Of a DNA stretch of 64,000 nt, positions 1 through 11,088 are shown piece after piece. A program made the translations under genes and the position numbers. Under the pieces are notes generated by a model. The model was not told the origin of the DNA and searched no databases. It was given only the letters and a program-made list of their open reading frames with translations. The first letter of the stretch is position 1. Every line of letters begins with the position of its first letter. The stretch is from Chthoniobacteraceae bacterium (GTDB taxonomy: Bacteria; Verrucomicrobiota; Verrucomicrobiia; Chthoniobacterales; Chthoniobacteraceae), in the NCBI GenBank assembly GCA_037190965.1, contig JBBCKI010000048.1, positions 32,001 through 96,000 of the forward strand, read 5' to 3'.

Positions 1-2800
1 CCCAGCTGCCGGGCTCGGGAATGACGGTGAACTCGCTATTGTGGTTGATAACAGCCCAGACCGTTCCTTTCGAAACGTCGATTCCGTAATACCCGAGAAT
101 GAAGTCGCTACTGGCATTATAGGCCTTGTCCCCGAGGTTAGTGGCCGTTCCACCGATGTTGCCATCGACCGCGTTGACCCATAGGTTGGTTTCCGCATTC
201 AACCAACCGAGGATGTTGCCGGCCGCAATATCGGCAACCGCGATTTCAAGGACGAATATATCCGTCTCGCCCGTGTTGCCATCAAGCACGGAAACCCCGC
301 TCAGGTGAAACACGTTCCCGATGCGAATTTCATCGTTGATCGCCGCGGAGTTCGCGGAGAAGCTGCCATCCAGTGTCGTTGCCCCCGAGCTGGTACCCCC
401 CGCAATCCTGGCCCCGGTGGTGACGCCGCCGATGGAGCCGGTGAGATTCATAGAATCCACAAGGCTTGCTCCGGAGCTAATGCCACGCCTGAAATTACCG
501 TCCTCCAGGGTGACGTCATTATCAAAGTCAACGCCCGCCTGCACCGAAAGCGTGCCGCTCTTGACGGTGACCGCGCCTGTACCCAGAGCGTGATTGGCGC
601 CGGCGACTACGCTACCCGCTTCGACGACAGTTCCTCCACTGTAGCTATTGCTAGCGCTCAGAGTCAGCGCCCCCGTCCCCTGCTTGGTCAGCCCTCCGCT
701 TCCGCTAACGGACGCAGCGATGCCAATATCGGAGCCAAGTTCCGCCTGCACCGTAAGCGAGCCGCTCTTGAGAGTAACGTCGCCCGTGCCGAGGGCGTGA
801 TTGGCGCTGACGATAATGTCACCCGCTTCGAGAACCGTTCCACCGCTATAGCTATTGCTGGCGCTCAGAGTCAGCGCCCCCGCCCCCTGCTTGGTCAGCG
901 CTCCGCTTCCGCTCACCGATGAGGTAATGGCAATATCGGAGCCGACTCCCGCCTGTACCGTAAGAGTGCCACTCTTGAGGGTGATGTCGCCCGTACCGAG
1001 AGCATGATTGGCGCTGACGATAATATCACCCGCTTCGAGAACCGTTCCGCCACTGTAGCTATTACTGGCGCTCAGAGTCAGCGCCCCCGCCCCCTGCTTG
1101 GTCAGCGCTCCGCTTCCGCTCACCGATGAGGTGATGGCAATATCGAAGCCATTGCTATCGATGTAAGCTCCGCCATTCCCTATGGCGACTTCCCCGGCGG
1201 CAAAATTGGAGATAAAGGCGTTCGACGCGGCCCGGGCGCGAAGGACTCCGCCATCGAACGCAACGGAAGCCGTTCCTGCGCTGCTGCCCCTCTGGACCTG
1301 CGTCGCCTCCAGAACGGCTCGGTTGCCTGCGCTGCCGGAAAGCTTCAGGGTGCCATTACCGCTGGAAGTACCCGCGACAATAACCGCCTGCGCGTTGACC
1401 AAACCGCCGGAAAGATCCAGAGTTCCTTTACCTTTGCCGGCAACGGTCAGGCCGGATGTTGTGACGTTCAGAGTCCCGCTGGTAACCGATACGGTTCCGT
1501 CGCCGGTGTCTTCCAGCCCGATCGTCATTCCAGTCGTCGTGAGAAGGCCGCCTTCAACCGCCATGGAAGCAGTTCCCCTGGTCCCAACGGCCATGGTTCC
1601 CGAGGTCCACGTTCCCCCGGTTAGACTGACGTCGGCGTTGGCGCCCGCGTTAGTACCGAAAGTGGTGCTACCTGTCGTGACAACCCCGCCGCTCACCGTC
1701 ATTGACGCCGCTCCATTTTGCCCAATGTGAGAAAGAGCAGTGCTGAATGTACCGCTCGAGACGGTTATATTAGCACTACCCTCCGCTCTGGAAGCCGCGT
1801 AAAATACGCCCGTGTTGTTGAGAAAGGTGCCGCCGCTCACTTCCAAAGAGCCTGCGCCGAAGTTTCCGACGGTAAAATTTGCACTCGAAGTAAAGGTACC
1901 ACTACTAACGACCATCTTCCCCTCGTTCGCCCCAGCCGCAACAATAACGGCGCCGGTATTGCTAACGTACCCACCATTGATGGTCATTGTTCCTTTTCCC
2001 TGAGAACCGACTGTCATGCCCGAGGCTGAGGTCAAGGTGCCACTGGTGACGGTGACGGTACCGACACTAGTATTTGAAGAACCGATAACCAGAACATAGC
2101 TGGTAACAGTGCCTCCATTGATCGCCATCGAGCCGGTACCGCTTTTGCCCACAATCAAGTTGCCAGACATTGCCCATGTCCCACCGGTAACCGAAGCACT
2201 GCCGTTTGCACCGGCCAAACTTCCGAAATCGACCATATTGCTGGAAATGCGACCACCGCTCAAGCTGACTACGCCCTGCCCTCCGTAGCCAAGAAACGTA
2301 GAGCCAGTGGTAGTCCAGGTACCGCTCGTAACGGTTGCGGTACCGCTCCCCAAGGCATCATACCCCAAGTAAGAAGCAGCCCCAGACAGTTGGCCACCCG
2401 TGATCGATATGGTCCCCGCCCCCCCGGATGTGTTCCCGAGGTGAAGATAGCTGTAGTTTCCAGTAACACCGGTCGCAACCGAAGCAACGCCTTTGTTATT
2501 AATCATGGTCGTGCCGCTTGCCGTCGGCACGCTTCCGCCGTTCCAGTTCGAGCCTGTACCCCAGGAACCGCTACTTCCCGTCCACGTCTTCTGAGCATTG
2601 GCCGAAGGTTGGGCGAAGAGCAGGCCCGCTCCCACGATCGCCAGTGCGCCGACGTTTCTCGTAAGGCCACTAACCCATCTTCCCCGCACCGACACAATCG
2701 GGCGGTTTTCCGCCAAGCAAGCTGATGATCTGGAGTGAGCCTCCTCACTGAGCAAGGAAGAAAAGGTAACGCTGGAGCTTGGAAGGTTCTCTGTAGACAT
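1..2800 (-). CDS. PEP-CTERM surface protein with Gly/Ser/Thr-rich beta-strand and autotransporter-associated (PATR-like) repeats; 3' end runs off the window
   Basis: Not in the ORF track because its stop lies outside the window. Manual translation from ATG 2800 gives MSTENLP...signal-like ALAIVGAGLLFAQPSANA-QKTWTGSSGSWGTGSNW; the same frame ends ...GYYGIDVSKGTVWAVINHNSEFTVIPEPGSW at position 2. Confidence 0.88.
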   Translation of the reverse strand, partial: MSTENLPSSSVTFSSLLSEEAHSRSSACLAENRPIVSVRGRWVSGLTRNVGALAIVGAGLLFAQPSANAQKTWTGSSGSWGTGSNWNGGSVPTASGTTMINNKGVASVATGVTGNYSYLHLGNTSGGAGTISITGGQLSGAASYLGYDALGSGTATVTSGTWTTTGSTFLGYGGQGVVSLSGGRISSNMVDFGSLAGANGSASVTGGTWAMSGNLIVGKSGTGSMAINGGTVTSYVLVIGSSNTSVGTVTVTSGTLTSASGMTVGSQGKGTMTINGGYVSNTGAVIVAAGANEGKMVVSSGTFTSSANFTVGNFGAGSLEVSGGTFLNNTGVFYAASRAEGSANITVSSGTFSTALSHIGQNGAASMTVSGGVVTTGSTTFGTNAGANADVSLTGGTWTSGTMAVGTRGTASMAVEGGLLTTTGMTIGLEDTGDGTVSVTSGTLNVTTSGLTVAGKGKGTLDLSGGLVNAQAVIVAGTSSGNGTLKLSGSAGNRAVLEATQVQRGSSAGTASVAFDGGVLRARAASNAFISNFAAGEVAIGNGGAYIDSNGFDIAITSSVSGSGALTKQGAGALTLSASNSYSGGTVLEAGDIIVSANHALGTGDITLKSGTLTVQAGVGSDIAITSSVSGSGALTKQGAGALTLSASNSYSGGTVLEAGDIIVSANHALGTGDVTLKSGSLTVQAELGSDIGIAASVSGSGGLTKQGTGALTLSASNSYSGGTVVEAGSVVAGANHALGTGAVTVKSGTLSVQAGVDFDNDVTLEDGNFRRGISSGASLVDSMNLTGSIGGVTTGARIAGGTSSGATTLDGSFSANSAAINDEIRIGNVFHLSGVSVLDGNTGETDIFVLEIAVADIAAGNILGWLNAETNLWVNAVDGNIGGTATNLGDKAYNASSDFILGYYGIDVSKGTVWAVINHNSEFTVIPEPGSW
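535..1150 (-). repeat. Three tandem 207-bp (69-aa) intragenic repeats
   Basis: gagtcagcgcccc recurs at 661, 868 and 1075; the unit contains LTKQGAGALTLSASNSYSGGTVLEAG (autotransporter-associated beta-strand repeat). Confidence 0.92.
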
Positions 2801-3175
2801 AATGTGGTTAAGGGAGTTGGGCGATCGTCCGTGGCGTGCGACCACCTCTTTGAAAGAGGCCGTGCCAATCAGAAGATCAGCAGTCCATCGCCGCTTACAA
2901 AGATGATCTCAATGAAGCGCCCCCTTTTTACTTTGATTCAGCATCCCCCGACAGTCGGCGCATATCGTCATTTTTTTGTAGGACTTTTCCTACAAGCCCG
3001 GATTAGTAGTGGCGAATGAGCACCCTGCGATGTGCGCTTTGGGAGAGGTGACCGCGGTCTGAGAGGGAGAGCCCCTCCGGTCCCACGCCGGTATTCGACG
3101 AAATAAAGAGAGCCGCCCGGATTAAAATCCAGACGGCTCCTTTTGATCGGAATTTGCGGAGAGGCACCCGGGGGC

Positions 3176-3800
3176 CTATGAGGCCTTTACGATAGACCAC
3201 CGCTGACGAAGGCCAAGGAATATGGCTCCTCCAAAGAAAAGCAGCGCCAAGGCACCCGGCTCGGGGATCGCGGCAAAGTCGCTGTTGTGGTTGATAACCG
3301 CCCAAACCGTTCCGTTCGAAGATTGACTCCGTAATACCCAGTTAGTACCCAGTTAGTACCCAGCTAGTACCCAGTTAGTACCCAGCGTTACCGAGCTTGC
3401 TGAGATAGCTCCGCCACTTACCGTCATCGTGGCGCTCCCCGAGTTTGCCACGTAGAGGGTGGTAGCGCTGAAGGAGCCGCTTGTGACCGCGATGTCCGCA
3501 ACACTGTTCGCCTTGGCGCCTGCGTACATGATGCCGGCGGCAAAGGTTCCGCCGCTCACTTCCAATGAGCCCTTGCCGGAATCGGCGAGGTAGACGATTT
3601 GGTTGATGCTAAAGGTGCCGCTGCTTACAGCCAGCCTCCCCGAGCCGCTCGTTGTGGTTCCAACATAAATGGAACCGGTAGAGGAAACATATCCCCCATT
3701 GACGGTAAGTGCCCCTTTTCCATAATCGCCGATCGTTATGCACCTTCGAGCTCAAGGTGCCGCTCTTAACAGTCACTGTACCGGTACTATTATCCCTGCC
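3176..3800 (-). pseudogene. Decayed PEP-CTERM paralog (5'-truncated, frameshifted, internally deleted)
   Basis: Fragments GTVTVKSGTL / ITIGDYGKGALTVNGGYVSSTG / GKGSLEVSGGTF lie in shifting frames and match the intact gene at about 1830-2070; C-terminus GTVWAVINHNSDFAAIPEPGALALLFFGGAIFLGLRQRW, TAG at 3176. Confidence 0.85.
3335..3385. repeat. 11-bp tandem repeat (tacccagttag x4 + tacccag)
   Basis: Directly visible; sits at the junction of the N- and C-terminal pseudogene fragments. Confidence 0.95.
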
Positions 3801-3807
3801 GCCGAGA

Positions 3808-3855
3808 AAGAAAGAAATAAAGGGGCCGCCCGGACCAAAGTCCGAACGACCCCTT
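3808..3855 (-). terminator. Intrinsic terminator of ppdK
   Basis: AAGGGGTCGTTCGGAC-TTTG-GTCCGGGCGGCCCCTT followed by TATTTCTTTC on the minus strand. Confidence 0.75.
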
Positions 3856-3906
3856 CTGATGGGAATCTTAGCTAGTCTGTAGCCTGGTTACATTCCCGCT
3901 GGATCA

Positions 3907-6900
3907 CTAGGCAAGTGCCGCCTGGGCTGCCGCGAGGCGCGCGACGGGCACACGGTAAGGCGAGCAGCTCACGTAGGTGAGGCCCAGCTTGTGGCAGAAC
4001 TTGACGGAATCGGGATCGCCGCCATGTTCGCCGCAGATGCCCAGCTTGATGCCGGGGCGGGCCTTGCGGCCCTTCTCGGAGGCGATCTCCATGAGCTGGC
4101 CGACGCCGGTCTGGTCGATCGTGGCGAAGGGGTTCTTCTTCACGATTTCCAGTTCCGCATAGTGCGGCAGGAACGAGCCCGAGTCGTCGCGGCTCATGCC
4201 CAGCGCGGTCTGCGTGAGGTCGTTGGTGCCGAAGCTGAAGAACTCGGCGGTCCCGGCGATTTCGTCCGCCGTGAGCGCGCCACGAGGCACTTCGATCATC
4301 GTACCGACGAGGTACTTGATCTTCACCTTCTGTTCCTTCTGCACTTCGTCAGCCACGCGGCGGACGATCTCCACCTGAATATCGAGCTCCTTCTTGAAGC
4401 CGACGAGCGGGATCATCACCTCGGGGTTCACCTTCACGCCGCTCTTCTGCACTTCGGCGGCGGCCTCGAAGATGGCGCGCGCCTGCATCTCGGTGATCTC
4501 GGGGAACGAGATCCCAAGACGGCAGCCACGGTGGCCGAGCATCGGGTTCATTTCATGCAGCTCGTGAACGCGCTTGGCGATCTTCTCGGCGGGCACTCCC
4601 AGCTTCTCGGCCAGCGCGCTCTGGGCGGCGTGGTCGTTGGGCAGGAATTCATGCAAGGGCGGATCGAGCAGGCGGATCGTGGCAGGCAGGCCTTTGAGCG
4701 CCTTGAAGATGCCCACGAAGTCGCCCTTCTGGAACGGCAGGAGGCGTTTGACCGCCGCCTTCCGGTCGTCGTCCTTGTCGGCGAGGATCATCTCGCGGAC
4801 CACGTCGATGCGCTCGCCCTCGAAGAACATGTGCTCCGTGCGGGTGAGGCCGATGCCGCTCGCGCCGAAGGCGATTGCGTTCTCGACCTGTTCCGGCGTG
4901 TCGGCGTTCGTGCGGACCTGGAGCTTGGTGGCTTTCGCGCACCAGTCCATGAGCTGGACGAAGTTCTTGTAGGTGCCGCCCTTCTTGGCAATGGCGTCGT
5001 TCTCGATGAGGCCCTGGATGACTTCCGAGGCCGCCGTCTTGAGTTCGCCGGCGTAAACCGCGCCGCTGGTGCCGTCGATGGAGAGGTAGTCCTCGCCTTC
5101 GCGGAACACCTGGCCGTCCACGGTCATTGTCCGGGCAGTGTAGTCGACCACGATGGCCGCAGCGCCGCAGACGCAGACTTTGCCCATCTGACGGGCGACG
5201 AGCGCCGCGTGCGAGGAGACCCCGCCGCGAGCGGTGAGGATGCCTTCGGCGGCGATCATGCCACGGAGATCTTCCGGGGAAGTCTCCACGCGAACGAGGA
5301 GCACTTTCTCGCCCTTGGCCGCAGCGGCAGCCGCGCGGTCGGCGTTCACATAGATCTTGCCGGTGGCCGCGCCCGGGCCCGCAGGCAGGCCGGTGGCGAT
5401 CACCTTGCTGTTCTTGACGGCGGTGCGATCGAAGATCGGCGCGAGCACCTGCTCAAGCTGGTCAGCCGGGACGCGATGCACGGCGGTCTTCCAGTCGATG
5501 AGCTTCTCCTTGACCATCTCGACAGCGAAGCGGACGGCGGCGACGCCGGTGCGCTTTCCGTTGCGGGTCTGGAGCATGAAGACAGTGCCGTCCTGAATGG
5601 TGAACTCGAAGTCCTGCACGTCCTTGAAGTGGGTCTCCAAGGTCTTGCGGATGCGGTCGAGCTCGGCGTAAGCCTTCGGGAGCTGCTTCTTAAGGTCGGC
5701 GACGGGCTCCGGCGTGCGAACGCCCGCCACCACGTCTTCGCCCTGCGCGTTGATGAGGAATTCTCCGTAGAACACCTTCTCGCCGGTGGCCGGGTCACGC
5801 GTGAAGGCGACGCCGGAACCGGAGTTTTCGCCGGTGTTGCCGAACACCATCGCCTGCACGTTGACGGCCGTGCCCCACTCGTGCGGGATGCCGTACTTGC
5901 GGCGGTAGACGATCGCGCGATCGTTCATCCAGGAGCCGAACACGGCACCCACCGCGCCCTTGAGCTGCGCCCACGGGTCGTTCGGGAAGTCCTTGCCGGT
6001 ACGCTCCTTAACGAGCTTCTTGAATCGGGCGACGAGTTCGCGGAAGTCGTCGGCGCTCAGCTGCGCGTCGGAGAGTTCGTGGTTGCCGTAGCGTTCGTCC
6101 TTAAGGTGCTCGATCACCGTTTCGAACGGTTCGTGATCTTCGCTCGGGAGCTTCTGCACGCCGAGAACGACGTCGCCGTACATCTGGATGAACCGGCGGT
6201 AGCAATCCCAGGCGAAACGCTCGTTCTTGGTGGCGGCGGCAACCGCCTGCACCGTCTCGTCATTGAGACCGAGGTTGAGAATCGTGTCCATCATGCCGGG
6301 CATCGAATCGCGCGCGCCGGAGCGGACAGCGACGAGCAGCGGCATCTTGGAGGTGTCGCCGAACTTCGTCCCCATGATCTTCTCCATGTTCTTGACGCCG
6401 GCTTCCACCTGCCCCTGGAGTTCCTGGGGATAGGTGCGCTTGTTGTCGTAGAAATAGGTGCAGACTTCCGTGGTGATGGTGAACCCGGGAGGCACCGGCA
6501 GGTTGATGCGGGTCATCTCGGCGAGGTTCGCGCCCTTGCCGCCGAGCAGCGCCTTCATCGTTCCGTTCCCGTCGGCCTTGCCTGCGCCCCAGGTGTAAAC
6601 GTACTTATTCTTGCGGGCAGTCGGCTTGGCTGCTGGCTTGGCGACCGGCTTGGCGGCTTTGACCGCTTTGACTGCCTTGGTAGCTGGCTTCACGGCTTTG
6701 GCTGCGGGCTTGGCTGCTGGCTTCACAGGCTTGACTGCCTTTACCGCTTTGACAGCCTTCACCGGCTTCACGGCCTTCGCCGCTTTGGCGGCCGGAGCTT
6801 TTTTGGCGGGAGCCGCTTTGGCGGCCGGTTTCACAGCCTTTGCTGGTGCCGCCTTCTTCGAGGCGACCTTCTTGGGAGCCGCCTTAAGAGCCTTCACGGC

Positions 6901-6930
6901 CTTAGGGGCTGACTTCGTTTTTTTGGGCAT
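3907..6930 (-). CDS. ppdK: Pyruvate, phosphate dikinase with a ~105-aa Lys/Ala/Pro-rich N-terminal extension
   Basis: [39 protein letters not shown] (phospho-His), [20 protein letters not shown]. Confidence 0.97.
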   Translation of the reverse strand: MPKKTKSAPKAVKALKAAPKKVASKKAAPAKAVKPAAKAAPAKKAPAAKAAKAVKPVKAVKAVKAVKPVKPAAKPAAKAVKPATKAVKAVKAAKPVAKPAAKPTARKNKYVYTWGAGKADGNGTMKALLGGKGANLAEMTRINLPVPPGFTITTEVCTYFYDNKRTYPQELQGQVEAGVKNMEKIMGTKFGDTSKMPLLVAVRSGARDSMPGMMDTILNLGLNDETVQAVAAATKNERFAWDCYRRFIQMYGDVVLGVQKLPSEDHEPFETVIEHLKDERYGNHELSDAQLSADDFRELVARFKKLVKERTGKDFPNDPWAQLKGAVGAVFGSWMNDRAIVYRRKYGIPHEWGTAVNVQAMVFGNTGENSGSGVAFTRDPATGEKVFYGEFLINAQGEDVVAGVRTPEPVADLKKQLPKAYAELDRIRKTLETHFKDVQDFEFTIQDGTVFMLQTRNGKRTGVAAVRFAVEMVKEKLIDWKTAVHRVPADQLEQVLAPIFDRTAVKNSKVIATGLPAGPGAATGKIYVNADRAAAAAAKGEKVLLVRVETSPEDLRGMIAAEGILTARGGVSSHAALVARQMGKVCVCGAAAIVVDYTARTMTVDGQVFREGEDYLSIDGTSGAVYAGELKTAASEVIQGLIENDAIAKKGGTYKNFVQLMDWCAKATKLQVRTNADTPEQVENAIAFGASGIGLTRTEHMFFEGERIDVVREMILADKDDDRKAAVKRLLPFQKGDFVGIFKALKGLPATIRLLDPPLHEFLPNDHAAQSALAEKLGVPAEKIAKRVHELHEMNPMLGHRGCRLGISFPEITEMQARAIFEAAAEVQKSGVKVNPEVMIPLVGFKKELDIQVEIVRRVADEVQKEQKVKIKYLVGTMIEVPRGALTADEIAGTAEFFSFGTNDLTQTALGMSRDDSGSFLPHYAELEIVKKNPFATIDQTGVGQLMEIASEKGRKARPGIKLGICGEHGGDPDSVKFCHKLGLTYVSCSPYRVPVARLAAAQAALA

Positions 6931-6963
6931 AATATTTCGTGGTTTCGAGGGTCCGGCCTTTGT

Positions 6964-7176
6964 CTAAGCCGGTGTGAGATTTTGTGCTTCCGTCAGCACT
7001 TTGGTGATGGCTCCGGTAAAGTCGCCAATCCCCGTGCTGGGGATGATGATGGTGTTGCGCCTTCCATGCGCTTCTTCGCAGATCCGCAAAAATTGTCCGC
7101 GATCATTCTCGCGGAACTCGACGGTAAGATGCTTCCGTTCAACCTGAAATTCTTGTTTGGCGATAACGTGGTCCAT
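6964..7176 (-). CDS. PUR-alpha/PurA-like single-stranded nucleic-acid-binding protein
   Basis: 70 aa; ERKHLTVEFRENDRGQFLRICEE...RRNTIIIP resembles a single PUR repeat. Confidence 0.7.
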   Translation of the reverse strand: MDHVIAKQEFQVERKHLTVEFRENDRGQFLRICEEAHGRRNTIIIPSTGIGDFTGAITKVLTEAQNLTPA

Positions 7177-7411
7177 GAAAAAGCTCTACATCCGGGGAGA
7201 ACCAATCATCTCGTTTCGGGAAAAGTCGCCGCGCCATTCTTCCGCCGACCGGGAAGGGGTTTATCGAAATGTTGATTTGACAAAGAGAGCACGGGAAAGC
7301 CGCGAACTTTCTCACAGTTCACGAGAACCGTAAACAAGGAAAAATCGATGGCTGAGTTGTGCGGGATTGTGCGGGACGGCCAGGCGCCAAGCCAGACCGC
7401 AAGCCGCTTAG

Positions 7412-10400
7412 TCATCGTTGCGAGGGGGCGTCTTCGAAATAAATGGCCGCCTCGTCTTCTCCCGGCATGACGTAGAGGGATTTGTGACCACCGACGATTT
7501 CCTTTCCGTGGGGATAACGAACCATGAGAAAGACTTGCTGTGCAGGAGCATCGACAAACTCGAACCGGCCTTCCTGATCGGTCGTGAGTTCAGGGCTCGA
7601 AACTCCACTATTGTCGATGGTCCAGTTCAACCGGACGCCGGGGATTCCCGCCCCGGTGGATTTATCGAGGATCCGCCCGGCAACCCGCTTTCCATTTTTG
7701 AGGACCACCGGCTTCCCGCTCGAAAATTCAACCGGCGTTTCAGCGCGAAGATAACCGCCGCTCTCCGGTCGAAGAAAGAAGCGTTCCCCCGGTTCATCGC
7801 CTCCGACCCACAATGTGACGCGGCCACTGGCATCCGTTTGAAGGGAATGATCGCCCGCGATCCGCTCAAAACCATCCTTGAAGATCGATGTTGAAAGGCT
7901 GATCCCCGAGGCCGGTCGCCCGTCTTCACCCACCACAAGGATCTCGTACTTTCTTGGCTCGGGCAGCGTCAGAATGACATCGCTGACGGGATTGCGGGCA
8001 TTGATTCTGACAGGCTGGCTGATGACGAAACGGTTCCAGCAAGAAGCGACGACCTGATAACCCCTTCCACCAAACTCGATCGGTTTGGAAAGATACCATT
8101 CCCTCGCATCCTCCGGAGATGCCCCGTTCTTGATCTCGATGCGGTCCCACTCGCTGTCCCCTTTCCGTCGCCCCCAGACAAAGACGGATTGCGCCAGCTC
8201 TCCATTTTTCTCCAGAACTTTCACCCGTATCATTCCTGCGGGCTTAACGGGAATCGTCAGAACGGTGGGGTCTGTCGTGGCCTGATACTCGGCTTTTTCA
8301 TCAATCTTGCCCCCAAGCAACGTTGAATTGTTCAGCCGAAAGAGAGCAGTCCCCGGAAGCTCGAATTCCGCCTTACCCTCTTTGATGGGCACGTCAAAAC
8401 CTCTCCACGCTTCCGTCTTTCCCGGCAGTGCCCAGTTGAGCCAGAAACTTCCCGTGGGGGCCGCGCCGCCTCGTCCGGTATCCAGATTGAGAACGACCTT
8501 CACCTTCGCGGGCGGCTTGATTTTTGCATAGTCGATCGTGAACTCCGTGGTTTCTGCACTGAGTTCAGGCGAGTGACTCCAAAGGCCCAACATATAAATA
8601 TCCACTGGCAAGGGGCGGAGCCCGCGCAGTTCAACCTCAGCGATACCCTCGGCGATGGGCATTGTCACACGCGCTGAATCTGAGCCGTTCTCGGACGTTC
8701 TTTGACCATACTGAACCGTGATCTCCTTTTCGGGAACGTCCAGATTGATGATCTTGAGTTTCAACCGCCGCTCGCGAGGCAATCGCAACGTCAGGCTGTT
8801 TTCCTTGCCGGGGCTGATCCGAAATAGCGCCCCACGACGGAATGACGCGCCCGTCTCGTCGCGGATCGAAGCTTCCGCCTGCATTCCATAAATCACTTTC
8901 GGATCCAGCCCATCCAGCGTCGCCTGCCCCCCGGCATCGGTCCGCAATCCAGTGTAGTTCCATTTTGGCCATGCGAGCCCGGCGTTATTGGGCCACGCCT
9001 CGTTGATCCGAAGAGTAACGTCCTTGAGAGGAGTCCCGTCGAGTTCGTCGATGACGGTCAGCACAAATGGCGCTGTTCTTTTAAGCGCAAACTGAGGCGG
9101 TTCTGTTTGCGACCTCACCAGAAATCTCTCAATGCGGGCCGTCTGGTATCCCGGCGCGGAGATGCGAAGCTCTCCGAACCAGCGTTCGGGTTGATGCTTG
9201 AAATGAGCAAGGCCGTCAGCGTCAGTCGTCGAGCGCTGCTCCGAAATGCTCCATCCATAAGAGATCGCCACTTCCGCGCCGTGAATCGGCCTCGACTCCG
9301 TATCCACACAACGCACCGCATAAACGATGCCGCGTTTGAGCACGACGGAAACATTCTCCGACGATCTTGTCAGTTCAAAGATTTCCGACGCGAACGCAAA
9401 TTCCTCGGCTGTGACATAGAACCGCAGCAATCCATTGGGCAGCTCACCCTCGAACCTTCCATCGGCCAGGGTTTCTCCACGCGCGGTGGTCGAATTCGAG
9501 ACGGGAAGCATTCTCCAAACGGCGCGCGGCACCGGTTTTCCCATCTCGTCCACGATGGTGCCGGAGAAGCGACGCATTTCCTGCCGCTCTTGCGAAGGAT
9601 TTTGATAAACCCCGATCTGCCGCATGAACGGAGCCGCAAGGCGCTGAATCATCTCCACGCGCTCCTTGGCGGTTAACTGCTTGACGGCGAACCGCACGCC
9701 CTGCCCTGCCGCCACGAAAAACAGCGCCACGAGACAGGCGACGGCTCCCGCGCCGAGCCAACCCGCCGGAGTGCGTGGAATATGGCCCGGGTTCAGAAGC
9801 CGCATCACCCGGTCGCGCAACCCGCTCCGCGACTTCTTTCCATCTCCGCTTATCGCCATTGCGGCCCCGACAGCCTCTCCTCCGGCGTTGCGAGTCCACC
9901 AGATCAGCGCCTCTGCATAAACGGCGGGATCGCTGCAAAAATGACTAGCCATCGCATCGCAGCAGGCTTCCCGTTCGCGACGCACGGTTCGATTGAGCGC
10001 CCAGACGAAAGGGTTGAAGAAGAGCAATGCCTCGGTGCCCATTTGCAGCAGGTTGATCAGGAGATCCCACCGGACCACATGCGCCACTTCGTGCGCCAAC
10101 GCCGCGCGCAACACCTCGGGAGAAACGCCCGTCACAAGAGAGGCAGGCAACAGAATGACAGGCCGCGCTATTCCAACGACCACGGGAGAAAGAACGCGGT
10201 GGCAGGTTTTGAGCCGGATCGTCATCCGCGTTCCATAAGCCGCACAGACCTTGTCCAATTCCATGACCCAATCCGGATCTTTCACCAGCCTGGCTTCCCG
10301 GTGGAATTTCCGCGCGGAAGCAACCGAAGTGGCAATCCGCCAAAAGCCGATCGCCACGCCCGCCTGCCACACCATCAATAACCCGCTTTGCCACGGAAAG

Positions 10401-10717
10401 GCGGTGCGAGATACGGATAGGGACGAAACGGATGCGGGTTGGACCGTCGCCTGCAAGTCCGCATGAATACCGCCGGAAGCGTTCAAAGCGGGCGACTCCC
10501 TTTTCAATTCAGATTTCCGTTCTTGGGCAACTTCCCTTTCCAACAAAGTCCAAGTCGCAAACCATGCGGTCGTCACCAGGCAAACCGCTCCAAGTGCCAA
10601 CCGGTATCGCGCATTCGAGGCTCGCGCCGGAATGAATCGAAGAAGAAAAAATACAACCAGCCATGCCAATCCGCCCTGCCAGATCGAATGCAGCAATGAC
10701 GCGGATAGCGGATTCAT
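7412..10717 (-). CDS. BlaR1/MecR1-like M56 metallopeptidase with large extracytoplasmic carboxypeptidase-regulatory-like domains
   Basis: N-terminal TM helices, ALAHEVAHV (HExxH), FFNPFVW...REREACCD, C-terminal TTDxxGRF repeats. Confidence 0.9.
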   Translation of the reverse strand: MNPLSASLLHSIWQGGLAWLVVFFLLRFIPARASNARYRLALGAVCLVTTAWFATWTLLEREVAQERKSELKRESPALNASGGIHADLQATVQPASVSSLSVSRTAFPWQSGLLMVWQAGVAIGFWRIATSVASARKFHREARLVKDPDWVMELDKVCAAYGTRMTIRLKTCHRVLSPVVVGIARPVILLPASLVTGVSPEVLRAALAHEVAHVVRWDLLINLLQMGTEALLFFNPFVWALNRTVRREREACCDAMASHFCSDPAVYAEALIWWTRNAGGEAVGAAMAISGDGKKSRSGLRDRVMRLLNPGHIPRTPAGWLGAGAVACLVALFFVAAGQGVRFAVKQLTAKERVEMIQRLAAPFMRQIGVYQNPSQERQEMRRFSGTIVDEMGKPVPRAVWRMLPVSNSTTARGETLADGRFEGELPNGLLRFYVTAEEFAFASEIFELTRSSENVSVVLKRGIVYAVRCVDTESRPIHGAEVAISYGWSISEQRSTTDADGLAHFKHQPERWFGELRISAPGYQTARIERFLVRSQTEPPQFALKRTAPFVLTVIDELDGTPLKDVTLRINEAWPNNAGLAWPKWNYTGLRTDAGGQATLDGLDPKVIYGMQAEASIRDETGASFRRGALFRISPGKENSLTLRLPRERRLKLKIINLDVPEKEITVQYGQRTSENGSDSARVTMPIAEGIAEVELRGLRPLPVDIYMLGLWSHSPELSAETTEFTIDYAKIKPPAKVKVVLNLDTGRGGAAPTGSFWLNWALPGKTEAWRGFDVPIKEGKAEFELPGTALFRLNNSTLLGGKIDEKAEYQATTDPTVLTIPVKPAGMIRVKVLEKNGELAQSVFVWGRRKGDSEWDRIEIKNGASPEDAREWYLSKPIEFGGRGYQVVASCWNRFVISQPVRINARNPVSDVILTLPEPRKYEILVVGEDGRPASGISLSTSIFKDGFERIAGDHSLQTDASGRVTLWVGGDEPGERFFLRPESGGYLRAETPVEFSSGKPVVLKNGKRVAGRILDKSTGAGIPGVRLNWTIDNSGVSSPELTTDQEGRFEFVDAPAQQVFLMVRYPHGKEIVGGHKSLYVMPGEDEAAIYFEDAPSQR

Positions 10718-11088
10718 TCCTTGGCCCTCCTTTTGTGTACCCGGATCATCCGTTCGATCTCGGAAAGCTCCGCTTCGCTAACATCGCCCGATTCCAAAAG
10801 CTGCATGAACACCGCCGAAGGCTTGCCGCCAAACACCTTCTGAACCATCTCTCCAAGATACTGCCCAAGGACGCTTTGCTTTGGATTGGCCGGTCTCCAA
10901 CGATCCGTCAGCCCTTCCCTCTTTCGTTTGACCAGCCCCTTTCGATCCATGATTTGAAGGATCGAAAGAATGCTGGTGTAAGCCCGTTCCTTCTGATCGG
11001 GCATATTCTCCAACACCTCCCTTGCCGTCGACGGACCACGCTCCCACAAGACCACAAGAATCTGCATCTCAAGTTCAGACGGCTTCAT
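10714..11088 (-). CDS. BlaI/MecI/CopY family repressor
   Basis: SELEMQILVVLWERGPST, AYTSILSILQIMDRKGLV; 4-nt overlap with the M56 gene. Confidence 0.93.
   Translation of the reverse strand: MKPSELEMQILVVLWERGPSTAREVLENMPDQKERAYTSILSILQIMDRKGLVKRKREGLTDRWRPANPKQSVLGQYLGEMVQKVFGGKPSAVFMQLLESGDVSEAELSEIERMIRVHKRRAKE

Noticed and set aside
2850..2868. sigma54 promoter (TTGGCACG) upstream of the PEP-CTERM gene
   Set aside because: The -24 box is good but the -12 TTGC is missing (GCCTCTTTC)
3335..3385. Short tandem repeat as a CRISPR array
   Set aside because: 11-bp units with no spacers; no cas genes in the window
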